Translations under genes and position numbers: made by a program
The notes under the pieces: generated by a model
What the model saw: only the letters and a program-made list of their open reading frames with translations
The model's database searches: none
Told to the model about the DNA's origin: nothing
NCBI GenBank assembly: GCA_043739665.1
Contig: JAYUDR010000015.1
Coordinates: 1 to 43,501 of the forward strand
Origin: Chloroflexota bacterium
Lineage (GTDB): Bacteria > Chloroflexota > Limnocylindria > Limnocylindrales > CSP1-4
Direction of reading: 5' to 3'
DNA length: 43,501 bases
Part shown: positions 8,883 through 17,031 of the stretch, one piece after another
Layout: the number at the start of each line of letters is the position of its first letter
Numbering within the stretch: position 1 is the first letter of the stretch

Positions 8883-10460
8883 TCAGCCCACTCCCTCAAA
8901 CCCAACTCTGCGATCCGAAGGTGCCCTGAACCGGGCGGCTTCGTCCAGGTGGTTGGCCTTGACTCGGTCGGAACCGGCGAGATCTGCTGCCGTCCTCGCG
9001 ACTCGAAGCAGCCGCTCGATTCCACGGGCGCTCCAACCCTCCAGTTCTGCCAGTTGGATGGCGTGGGTTTGTTCAACCGATCCGAGTCCACAGGCGGCCC
9101 GCAGCGCGCGGCCGCTGAGCCGAGAGTTGGGAACACCGCTTCGCTTGATCTGACGAAGCCTCGCCTCCGCAATCCGGCCCGCCACCACGCTGGACGCCTC
9201 AGGCGCGGCCGAGCTGACGTACTCATCCGGTTCCACACGTGGCATGTGGACCCACATGTCCATCCGGTCCCGAAGCGGCCCAGAAATACGACCGGCATAG
9301 CGCTCGACTACGCCAGGCTGGCAGCGGCACCGACCGTCGCCGCTCGCGGCATAGCCGCACGGGCACGGATTCATGGCGGCGATCAACTGGAAGCGCGACG
9401 GAAAGACGGCTGCTCGCCCCACCCGGGAAATTGCCACCTGGCCATCTTCGAGTGGCTGGCGCAGCGATTCCAACGTTGCCCGGTCGAACTCTGGAAGCTC
9501 GTCCAAAAAAAGTATTCCATCGTGGGCCAACGTCACCTCGCCCGGCGACAGATGTGGCCCACCCCCGACCATGGCCGCGTATGAGATCGTGTGGTGAGGC
9601 GCCCGGAACGGACGCTTCCTCACCAGCCCCCGCACTGGCCCAGCCCCCGCGACAGAGGCAATGATTGTGGCCATGCGCGCCTCGTCGTCGCCCAGGGGCG
9701 GCAGCAGACTCGGCACCGTACGCGCCAGGAGCGTCTTGCCCGACCCGGGAGGACCGATCATCACGAGACAGTGGCCGCCGGCCAGCGCTATCTCCATGCC
9801 CCGGCGAGCCTCCAACTGGCCTCTTACCTCCTCGAGGTCAGGCCCACCGCCACTGCCAGCTTTAGATGCAGCAGCCGTGGCCGAATCAGTCTGCTCGTCG
9901 GCGAGGTTCTCGGCCAACTCAACGCGCGGAGGCCGGTGCCTCGCTCCACCTCGCCGGCTTTCCCTGAGCAACGTGGCTGCCTCGGCCAGTGTCGCGGCCC
10001 CGACCACGTCCACGCCTCCGGCCAGACACGCCTCAATCAGCCCGTCTGCGGGCACGATGATCCGTCTCACTCGCCGCCCTGCCAAAGCCACGACCATGGG
10101 AAGAAGCCCAGGAACGGGCCGCAATTCGCCGCCCAGCGACAGTTCGCCCAGAACGGCCCAGCGGCCGTCCGCCTTGACCTGCTCCGAGCCGACCAGAATT
10201 CCCAGGGCAATAGCCAGGTCCAGAGACGCGCCGCGCTTGCGCAGCTCGGCAGGGGCAAGATTCACGGTGATGCGCCGGGGCGGGTACTCGTAGCCGCTGT
10301 TGCGGATTGCTCCGCGAACTCGCTCGCGGGCCTCCTGCAAAGCAGTATCCGCCAGGCCGACGATGGTGAATCCCGGCAATCCGGGCGCCACGTCCACCTC
10401 GACGCGAATGAGCCGGCCCTCCAAGCCGTGGAGCGTGGCGGAGAGAAGCGAAGCAAGCAC
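8883..10460 (-). CDS. comM: Mg-chelatase-like AAA+ protein ComM/YifB
   Basis: N-terminal Lon-like domain LEGRLIRVEVDVAPGLPGFTIVGLADTALQEARERVR. Walker A GPPGSGKT and Walker B GILFLDELPEF. CPCG cysteine motif. GTG start. Confidence 0.93.
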   Translation of the reverse strand: MLASLLSATLHGLEGRLIRVEVDVAPGLPGFTIVGLADTALQEARERVRGAIRNSGYEYPPRRITVNLAPAELRKRGASLDLAIALGILVGSEQVKADGRWAVLGELSLGGELRPVPGLLPMVVALAGRRVRRIIVPADGLIEACLAGGVDVVGAATLAEAATLLRESRRGGARHRPPRVELAENLADEQTDSATAAASKAGSGGGPDLEEVRGQLEARRGMEIALAGGHCLVMIGPPGSGKTLLARTVPSLLPPLGDDEARMATIIASVAGAGPVRGLVRKRPFRAPHHTISYAAMVGGGPHLSPGEVTLAHDGILFLDELPEFDRATLESLRQPLEDGQVAISRVGRAAVFPSRFQLIAAMNPCPCGYAASGDGRCRCQPGVVERYAGRISGPLRDRMDMWVHMPRVEPDEYVSSAAPEASSVVAGRIAEARLRQIKRSGVPNSRLSGRALRAACGLGSVEQTHAIQLAELEGWSARGIERLLRVARTAADLAGSDRVKANHLDEAARFRAPSDRRVGFEGVG

Positions 10461-10466
10461 AGTGCC

Positions 10467-10472
10467 ACACTA
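10467..10472 (-). promoter_or_regulatory. Candidate -10 hexamer TAGTGT 6 nt upstream of the comM GTG (possible leaderless start)
   Basis: The minus strand reads cacgTAGTGTggcactGTG. No Shine-Dalgarno motif and no -35 element found. Confidence 0.2.
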
Positions 10473-10585
10473 CGTGGCGCCAATCATCTGCGGCTTATCT
10501 GACGCTAGCGAGTCTCACGTCATTCGTCGGTAAGGAACTCGCACCTGCCGATTGGCCGACCGGCAATCACGTTGCCATCGCGCGA

Positions 10586-11803
10586 CTAGCGCCCGGAACG
10601 TCCCGCCGGCCGTTCCATGTGGTCCTTGTCCAGGGCCTTCACGAAATCCATGACGTCCTTGCCCAGAGCAGAATCAGATTTCGTGTACATGAACGGCGCG
10701 CCGCTATTCAAGGCGCCGATTGCTGAGCGGTATTCATTAATGATCTGGAAGTCGATCTTGCGCTTAAGGGCGCTCTCCGCGTTCTTGATATTGATACCGG
10801 TGAACGCGTTGGAGCGGTTGAGAATGAGCTTCACCTTGTCATCCGAGTAGCCGAGGTGACCGATCGTCTCGAGGACTAGCCGAACATTTTTAAGACACGG
10901 CAGGTCGGCCGTCATGACCAGGTAGATGGTGTCGGCGACGTCCATGATCCTAAGGTTGACTTCGTCGAGTCGCTTATCGACATCGATGACGATGTAGTCG
11001 AAGTCACTCTTCATCATGCCGATCAGGCTGGGCAGGTGATCGTGCGTCACCAGTTCGGCCGTCTCCGGCGACGGCGGCGCCAGGAGCAGATCGATGCCCG
11101 ACTCGTGCTTAACGAGGACCTGGTGGATGAGATCGAGATCGACGGTCGGGGCAGTTGCCAGATCAACCACGCTCATCCGATCCAGCCCGAGATCTAGGAA
11201 GACCCGGTGGTCGCCGAATTGAAGATTGGCGTCGATGAGGCAGACCCGCCGCCCAAGTTCTTTGTGCAGGGCTATCGCCGAGTTGATGGCAATCGTCGTT
11301 GTGCCTACGCCGCCCTTGGCGCCGTAGAAGAGGATCACTTGAGCCGGCATGCGCTTCTTTGGCGCAGGCGCAACAGCCGGCCGAATGACTGAGGCGATGC
11401 TCCGAGTCGGCGGGACATGCTCGTCGGGCTGATAACGGGCCAACAGGCTGCGCATGCGCGCCATCAATTCGGCCGGATGGAAAGGCTTTGTCAGGAAGTC
11501 GTCGGCGCCGGATCTTAGAGCTTTGCTGCGGGCCTCGGCATCGTTCTCGGGCAGAAGCAGGATCGCCGGCGTGTGCGTGGAAGGGCCGTCTTCCATGCGT
11601 AAACGCGAAACGACGGTGAAGCCGTCCACGCCGGGAAGGTTCGCCGCAATGAGAACCAGAGCCGGCCGATCCGATCGGGCTATCCGCAGTGCTTCCGGCC
11701 CTTCGCCTGACGAGGTGACTTCGAACCCGGCTTGCGACAAAGCGTTCCCGAGTGCGCGTTGCACAGTCGGGTCGGCATCGACTACAAGGATCCTGACGGC
11801 CAT
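10586..11803 (-). CDS. Pseudo-receiver domain fused to a ParA/MinD-superfamily ATPase (TadZ/CpaE-like), atypical P-loop
   Basis: N-terminal CheY-like fold (RILVVDADP...LTKPF), but the phospho-acceptor position reads LVLIAANLPGVDG, with Ala where Asp is expected. The ATPase P-loop is GAKGGVGTTT, lacking the GK[ST] lysine as in TadZ/CpaE. Followed by LIDANLQFGD. Confidence 0.8.
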   Translation of the reverse strand: MAVRILVVDADPTVQRALGNALSQAGFEVTSSGEGPEALRIARSDRPALVLIAANLPGVDGFTVVSRLRMEDGPSTHTPAILLLPENDAEARSKALRSGADDFLTKPFHPAELMARMRSLLARYQPDEHVPPTRSIASVIRPAVAPAPKKRMPAQVILFYGAKGGVGTTTIAINSAIALHKELGRRVCLIDANLQFGDHRVFLDLGLDRMSVVDLATAPTVDLDLIHQVLVKHESGIDLLLAPPSPETAELVTHDHLPSLIGMMKSDFDYIVIDVDKRLDEVNLRIMDVADTIYLVMTADLPCLKNVRLVLETIGHLGYSDDKVKLILNRSNAFTGINIKNAESALKRKIDFQIINEYRSAIGALNSGAPFMYTKSDSALGKDVMDFVKALDKDHMERPAGRSGR

Positions 11804-11896
11804 GACTTACCTTGCTTGGCGGATTCGACTGCTCGTCGTGTCTAGACGGCAAGCAGCCGCCTTGCATTCGTCCTTACTACGGGGACGTACGGCTTG

Positions 11897-11902
11897 ATTA
11901 TA
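11897..11902 (-). promoter_or_regulatory. Candidate -10 hexamer TATAAT for the REC-ATPase gene (about 90-nt leader)
   Basis: The minus strand reads gctgcaTATAATcaagccg in the 222-nt SPFH/REC-ATPase intergenic region. This is a consensus hexamer in GC-rich DNA. The -35 element is weak. Confidence 0.35.
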
Positions 11903-12002
11903 TGCAGCTCAACCGACCCGAGGCTCGGCTACGGCCCCAGATACCTCCAGCACGTCACGGCCGGCCGGGTTTTAAAATTGGTCAGGTCCTCGATCTACCT
12001 TT

Positions 12003-12019
12003 GCCGCCTCGCAGGCGGC
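12003..12019 (-). terminator. GC hairpin 7 nt after the SPFH stop (terminator-like, no U tract)
   Basis: GCCGCC-tgcga-GGCGGC on the transcript strand, followed by aaagg. Confidence 0.35.
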
Positions 12020-12025
12020 CGATCC

Positions 12026-12925
12026 TTAGAACTTGGCGCCAGGGGCTTTGTTCATGGCACTGCCGATCATTGAACTGATGGGCCCAACCAGTTGCGTGAA
12101 TTCCAACGGAATGACGAACTTGGTCGCGGGACCGGCACCGAGAGCCTTTAGGGCGTCCAGATACTGCAAGGCCATCGTCTTGGAATCGATTCCCTTGGCT
12201 GCCTCGAAGATCGTCTGAAGCGCGTTGCTAAACCCTTGGGCACGCAGAATTGCCGCCTGGCGATCGCCCTCGGCACGCAGGATCGCCGACTGCTTGTCGC
12301 CCTCGGCGACGTTGATGGTGGCCTGGCGCGTGCCTTCCGACTCGGTGATGACGGCGCGGCGGGTTCGCTCAGCCGAAAGCTGCCGGTTCATCGCGTCCTG
12401 AACCGCCGGCGGCGGCAGGATCTCGCGAATCTCGACGGTCGTGACCTTGCCACCCCAACGCTCGGTAACTTCATCGAGCTTGGTGCGCAATGTGTCATTG
12501 ATCTTCTCCCGCTGCGACAGGACATCGTCAAGCGGGATGTCGCCGATGACGGATCGGAGCGAGGTCGCTGCTACGCCCTGCAGGGCGCCTGCAAAGTTGA
12601 GGACGTTGATCTGGCTCATGAGGGGATCGACAATCTTCCAGTAGATCAGGAAGTCGACGCCCAGCGGGGCGTTGTCCTTGGTGATCGCGGTCTGGCGCGG
12701 AACCTCGATGAACTGCTCACGCAGGTCAACGATGAAGCCCTTATCGGCGACCGGAATCAGGAACCGAAGTCCTGCGGTACGAACTAGACTCGGCCCAGCC
12801 TGGCCCCAGCGGTAGACAACCATGTTGGCCCACTGAGGCACGATCCTCACCGATAGAGCGACCAGAACTATTAGAAGCCCGGCCACAATAGCGACAGCCA
12901 CCAGCACCGCGCCGCCACCGTCCAT
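12026..12925 (-). CDS. SPFH/band-7 (stomatin-like) membrane protein
   Basis: N-terminal TM segment VLVAVAIVAGLLIVLVAL. Band-7 core VPRQTAITKDNAPLGVDFLIYWKIVDP...TVEIREILPP. Coiled A/E/R-rich region. AGGAGG lies before the ATG. Confidence 0.9.
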   Translation of the reverse strand: MDGGGAVLVAVAIVAGLLIVLVALSVRIVPQWANMVVYRWGQAGPSLVRTAGLRFLIPVADKGFIVDLREQFIEVPRQTAITKDNAPLGVDFLIYWKIVDPLMSQINVLNFAGALQGVAATSLRSVIGDIPLDDVLSQREKINDTLRTKLDEVTERWGGKVTTVEIREILPPPAVQDAMNRQLSAERTRRAVITESEGTRQATINVAEGDKQSAILRAEGDRQAAILRAQGFSNALQTIFEAAKGIDSKTMALQYLDALKALGAGPATKFVIPLEFTQLVGPISSMIGSAMNKAPGAKF

Positions 12926-13004
12926 CTCCGTACCTCCTATTTAGCGCTGCCGTGAGCAGCCCGCCTAACGACCAATTCGGTCGTGCTTTCGGTCCCCTGG
13001 ACCG

Positions 13005-14609
13005 CTATTCCGCTTTCTCGACGATTAGAGTCAGGCCCTCCTGGCCGATGATCAGGACCTTCGTGTCCCGCCCAACTGGGCTGCCATCTCTCGTCCGGGC
13101 CGACCAGGATTCGCGGCCAACATAGACGGTGCCCAAGGGCGACAGATCGGCACGCACCTCCCCAATGAGTCCAACGACCTTGTCTATGCCGACGAGTCCG
13201 GCACCCACCGGCACCGGCTGGCGTCTCATGCGCATGAGCGTCCCAACAAGGAGCAGCCCGTACGCAGCGGCGGCCGCGGTCATGACCGCGATGATCGGCC
13301 AGGCCACGGCCACGGTTGGCAGATACGGACCCGGAGAGCCATAGTAGGCCACCGCTCCCACGACAAAGACCGCTATGCCACCAATCGTCAGAAGGCCATG
13401 ACTTGGGACGGCCGTCTCCAGGATGAGCATTCCAATTCCCAGTACCACAAGAAACACGCCCAGCACGTTTAGCGGCAAGCTTCCGGAGCCGTAGAAAGAG
13501 AGGGCCAGGGAGATGGCTCCCAGGAGGCCCATCAGCAGCGTCGGGTGGAAGAACTCCATCGCCACGAACAGGACGCCAATCACCAGCAGGATGAATGCGA
13601 TGTTGGGATCGTCCAGCGTGTGCAGGAAACCCTGAATCACATCCTCGCTGACGGTGACGGTCGTTGCACCCTTTGTGTTCAGGACGACCTGGCCGCTCGC
13701 CGTCGTAACCGTCAGGCCATCAGCCTGAGCCAGCACTTCGTCGATGGAACCGGCGACACCGTTGACTGCCTTGGCGGCAAGTGCCTCTTGCGGCGTGTAC
13801 GATTCGGCGTGTTCCACGGTGGAAACGGCCCATGCGACCGCATCCGGATGACGCTCCTGAGCAATGCCACGGATAGCGGAAATGGCATCTTTCATGACCT
13901 TGTCCGCCTCGGTCTGGCCGTAGGCGACGGCGATGTCGCCACCGCCCGCCGCAACCGGCGAAGCCGCCCCGATATTGGTGCTGGGAGCCATGTAGGCCAG
14001 GTTGGCCGAGAGGGTGATGAAGGTCCCGGCGCTCGCGGCTTTGGCGCCTGATGGCCCAACCCACACGATCGTTGGGATCTTGGCGTGTAAGGCCGTATCA
14101 ATGCTGAACATCGGGACCTCAGCGCCGCCCAGGGTGTCCAGCTGAATGATCACGGCCGCGGCGCCATCGGCCTCCGCTCGCCTGACGGCCCCACTTACGT
14201 AGTCGGCCATGACGTCGTCGACTACGCCGCTCGCCTTCACCACGTAAACCTTGGGAGCATCCGGTGCGGCCACCACGCCAGACGGTCGCGCAGTTGGCTG
14301 GGGCGTGATGATGTAATCGGAGCCCGCCCCCCCCGTGTGTGTGTGACTCACCACAAGCAGGAACGTTCCTGCCACCGCAAGCGTGGCACCCAGACGAACG
14401 AAGGCAAAGGCCGCCCGTCTCAGACCTTCGACCGCTCTCAGCCCAGGTGCGAGAGAGAACATGCTGGCCCGCAGCGACGCCTGCTGGACCGTCCAGGGCA
14501 ATGCCGCCGTCTCGTCTGGCAACTCTGGCGTCCGGCTGCCGTGCGCGAACTCCTGCACCAGCCGGTCCATTTCGACATCGGAATCGTCGAGTGGTTCAAA
14601 GCGATTCAT
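13005..14609 (-). CDS. Long-form NfeD membrane serine protease (ClpP-class) with an extra N-terminal cytoplasmic+TM segment
   Basis: Protease domain VVKASGVVDD...IQLDTLGGAEV...GAKAASAGTFI. A multi-TM block follows. C-terminal OB-fold LIGEVRADLSPLGTVYVGRESWSARTRDG...VLIIGQEGLTLIVE. About 95 aa precede the protease domain, including the TM segment AFAFVRLGATLAVAGTFLLVV. The ATG overlaps the sigma-gene stop (ATGA). Confidence 0.88.
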   Translation of the reverse strand: MNRFEPLDDSDVEMDRLVQEFAHGSRTPELPDETAALPWTVQQASLRASMFSLAPGLRAVEGLRRAAFAFVRLGATLAVAGTFLLVVSHTHTGGAGSDYIITPQPTARPSGVVAAPDAPKVYVVKASGVVDDVMADYVSGAVRRAEADGAAAVIIQLDTLGGAEVPMFSIDTALHAKIPTIVWVGPSGAKAASAGTFITLSANLAYMAPSTNIGAASPVAAGGGDIAVAYGQTEADKVMKDAISAIRGIAQERHPDAVAWAVSTVEHAESYTPQEALAAKAVNGVAGSIDEVLAQADGLTVTTASGQVVLNTKGATTVTVSEDVIQGFLHTLDDPNIAFILLVIGVLFVAMEFFHPTLLMGLLGAISLALSFYGSGSLPLNVLGVFLVVLGIGMLILETAVPSHGLLTIGGIAVFVVGAVAYYGSPGPYLPTVAVAWPIIAVMTAAAAAYGLLLVGTLMRMRRQPVPVGAGLVGIDKVVGLIGEVRADLSPLGTVYVGRESWSARTRDGSPVGRDTKVLIIGQEGLTLIVEKAE

Positions 14610-15211
14610 CTCGCAACCCCTTCCACCGGCTCTATGCGGCGGCGCAGCGCCTTGAGCGCGGCGTGGTGTCTCGACTTGACGGTGCCAATCGGGATACTCA
14701 AGCGATCGGCAATCTCAGCCAGGGAAAGCTCTCCCCAGTATCGAAGCATGACGACCATTCGCAACTCATTGCTCAGGGCCGAGAGGGCGCGGCCGACGGC
14801 GTCCCGAGCCAGGGAGGCACGGAACGGGTCGCCGCTCTCAAGGTTCATATCGTCCACGTCGAGCGTCCGACGCTTGCCCAGCTGGCGCAGCCGGGTACGG
14901 CACACGTTTACGAGTATCTGGCTGAACCAGGCGTGGAATCGGTCTCGCTCGCGAAGATCCTGCCAGGCTCGCCAAGCCCGAACTGACGCCTCCTGAACCG
15001 CGTCCTGAGCCTCGGCCGCGTCCGCCATCAGGTAGCCGGCCAGGCGGTAGGCCATCGACAATTCCGCCTCAAGCGCCGTCACAAAGGCCCTATCGAAGGC
15101 AAGTTCTCTCGTGGCGACCGATTGCACGGGAGTCCGGACGACTTCGGCGCTTACGTAGGCTTCCTTCGCGAACATGCTCCGCTCCGCTGGCGGCCCGGGT
15201 GAGTCGCTCAT
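14606..15211 (-). CDS. ECF-type RNA polymerase sigma-70 family factor
   Basis: Region 2: AQDAVQEASVRAWRAWQDLRERDRFHAWFSQILVNVCRTRLR. Region 4 HTH: LRMVVMLRYWGELSLAEIADRLSIPIGTVKSRHHAALKALR. Confidence 0.88.
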   Translation of the reverse strand: MSDSPGPPAERSMFAKEAYVSAEVVRTPVQSVATRELAFDRAFVTALEAELSMAYRLAGYLMADAAEAQDAVQEASVRAWRAWQDLRERDRFHAWFSQILVNVCRTRLRQLGKRRTLDVDDMNLESGDPFRASLARDAVGRALSALSNELRMVVMLRYWGELSLAEIADRLSIPIGTVKSRHHAALKALRRRIEPVEGVAR

Positions 15212-15885
15212 GGGTGTGACTCGTCGTTTGGCCGATGGGTTCGCTCGAGACTCCCGTGTTCCGGACCGCGGCCCGGCAGTGGCTCCACGGCTGTGAAGTC
15301 TACGACTGCAGCAAGGGCGAGCTGGCTCCAGGTCTCCATCTTGTCGTAGACGTCCATGAGGACGTCGATCGGCTGGAACGACCCGCTGAGCTTGTGCGTT
15401 TCGCGCACTCCCACCTCTCGACCGGCAGCGTCGGCCACGTAGACGACGCCCAGGTGATGGACGCCGACATCAACAGTGTCGTCGTTTAGCAGCCCCAAGA
15501 ACACGAACTCGGGCAGGAAGTCCGCCTCCAGCTCCTCTCGCCACTCGCGAGCCAGCCCTCCCAGGATCGAGTCGTCGCCTGGGTTTAGGTGGCCACCCAC
15601 GCCGATCGAGTAGTGGTCATGCAGCCGAGCGTCCCCGCCAGCCTTGGTTCTCTTCATAAGGAAGATACGATCGCCATCCCGCAGCACCAAATAGGGAATG
15701 ATCTGCTTGAGGGAGCGGTCCGACTCCGCCGCAGGGCGCGGCAAATACCGGCCTCTGGTTCGGGCTCGATCCAGGATCTCGACGACACCATCGCACTTCA
15801 TCCCCAACCAGGCCGCGGCATCGCCCAGAAGCACGTCCCGCGGAACGGCATAGACAAGTTCGGGGGGGCCGTCGTGTTCGGTCAT
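15208..15885 (-). CDS. NUDIX-family hydrolase
   Basis: Nudix-box-like segment GVGGHLNPGDDSILGGLAREWREELEA. ATGA overlaps at both ends (with tyrA upstream and the sigma gene downstream). Confidence 0.7.
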   Translation of the reverse strand: MTEHDGPPELVYAVPRDVLLGDAAAWLGMKCDGVVEILDRARTRGRYLPRPAAESDRSLKQIIPYLVLRDGDRIFLMKRTKAGGDARLHDHYSIGVGGHLNPGDDSILGGLAREWREELEADFLPEFVFLGLLNDDTVDVGVHHLGVVYVADAAGREVGVRETHKLSGSFQPIDVLMDVYDKMETWSQLALAAVVDFTAVEPLPGRGPEHGSLERTHRPNDESHP

Positions 15886-16769
15886 TCCCGCTCTGGGTTC
15901 GCGAGTCGCCGCCGAGCGGAGGCAAAACGCGCCAGAAGCGCCTCCGAGTCAGGCCCGCCTTCGCGCTCCAGTTCGGCGATCCACTCGTCGAGTGCCGCCC
16001 GCACATCGCGCAGCCGGGCCGAGATGGCCGCCGAGTTCGTCGCGGCGATGCCGGCTCCCATCGCCGGGTCGCCCCGGGCGAGCCGCGTCATGCCCGCCCA
16101 GCCCGTTGCCGCCAGCGCTTCGGCCGCCCGCCAGTCCGCGTGCTCATACTCGAGGGGGCCGCCCGCCACCGCCTCCGCCAGGGCCGCGGAAACGATGAGT
16201 GGCATATGGCTGATGGCCGCGACCGCGTTGTCATGCGCGACGGCGTCCATCGGCACCTGGATCGCACCGCAGGCCTCGACCAATTCGCCGATCCGCTCGC
16301 CGTCGCAGAGCCGCGCGTATCGGCCGATAACCGTGACCCAAGGGCGGTCGACGAATAAGTCGGGCGTAGCCGCGCCGTAGCCGCTTGATTCGCGGCCGGC
16401 CATGGGATGGCCGCCGATGAAGGGCAGCCCGACGGCGTCAGCACGGGCTACGATCGCCGCTTTGGCGCTGGCCACATCGGTCATCGTGCAATCCTCGGAG
16501 ACCGCGCCGCGCATCGGACCTCCGAGCTGATCTACCAGATCGAGGCACGTCAGCGGTGGCGCGGCCAGAATCACGAGCTCGGCGTCGCGGACCGCGTCTT
16601 CAAGAGTGGCCGCGGCCGCGTCGATCGCGCCGTCCGCAAGAGCCTGACGCAATGGCTCCGCGCTCCGACTCCAGCCAGTGATATGCCACCGTCCAGACTC
16701 ATTCCCTTCATGAAGGGCCCGAGCAATGGAGCCGCCGATCAGTCCCAATCCAACAATCGATACTCGCAC
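15882..16769 (-). CDS. tyrA: Prephenate/arogenate dehydrogenase
   Basis: NAD-binding motif MRVSIVGLGLIGGSIARAL. FIGGHPMAG motif. GTG start. Confidence 0.85.
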   Translation of the reverse strand: MRVSIVGLGLIGGSIARALHEGNESGRWHITGWSRSAEPLRQALADGAIDAAAATLEDAVRDAELVILAAPPLTCLDLVDQLGGPMRGAVSEDCTMTDVASAKAAIVARADAVGLPFIGGHPMAGRESSGYGAATPDLFVDRPWVTVIGRYARLCDGERIGELVEACGAIQVPMDAVAHDNAVAAISHMPLIVSAALAEAVAGGPLEYEHADWRAAEALAATGWAGMTRLARGDPAMGAGIAATNSAAISARLRDVRAALDEWIAELEREGGPDSEALLARFASARRRLANPERE

Positions 16770-16775
16770 GGCCCA

Positions 16776-16781
16776 ATTATG
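16776..16781 (-). promoter_or_regulatory. Candidate -10 hexamer CATAAT 6 nt upstream of the tyrA GTG (possible leaderless start)
   Basis: The minus strand reads ggcCATAATtgggccGTG. No Shine-Dalgarno motif. Confidence 0.25.
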
Positions 16782-16960
16782 GCCGCGCCGCGTCCGGTTG
16801 GTAGGATCATCGGGGGGCCGTTGTGTGGTCGGCGATCGACTCCGAAAAGGGTCATTTCGGCCCCAAATGATCGTGCCTGGGCAGAACCGGCCCAGTCAGG
16901 CACCCCATAAATCGCGCGCGACACTCGAATGGATTAGTGCGCACTGGGCAAATCGTCGAT

Positions 16961-16966
16961 TAGAAT
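16961..16966 (+). promoter_or_regulatory. Candidate -10 hexamer TAGAAT upstream of the NarL-type regulator gene
   Basis: cgtcgatTAGAATgcag lies about 65 nt upstream of the ATG at 17032. A GTGCGCAC palindrome sits at 16937-16944 nearby. The -35 element is weak. Confidence 0.3.
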
Positions 16967-17031
16967 GCAGTTCGACCGTCGATCCAGGCGGGCCACTCAG
17001 GCGCCCAGCGATGTGCCATCAAAGGGGCAAG

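Noticed and set aside
9505-9511. A7 homopolymer (T7 on the coding strand) inside comM, a possible slippage or phase-variation site
   Set aside because: It simply encodes the conserved Walker B segment GILFLDELP in frame. There is no frameshift in the ORF, and a single 7-mer is too short to argue for phase variation.
11970-11977. TTTTAAAA palindrome next to GGCCGGCC in the SPFH/REC-ATPase intergenic region
   Set aside because: It is a striking AT patch in GC-rich DNA, but it has no partner repeat, no flanking stem with a loop and no recognisable binding-site family. It may simply be part of an UP-element-like or terminator-distal region.
15258-15262. GGAAC (minus strand) about 47 nt upstream of the ECF sigma start, a possible autoregulated ECF -35 element
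   Set aside because: No CGT/GTC-type -10 element lies at the expected 16-17 nt spacing (cga acc follows instead). The site lies inside the NUDIX coding sequence, and a pentamer alone is not significant.
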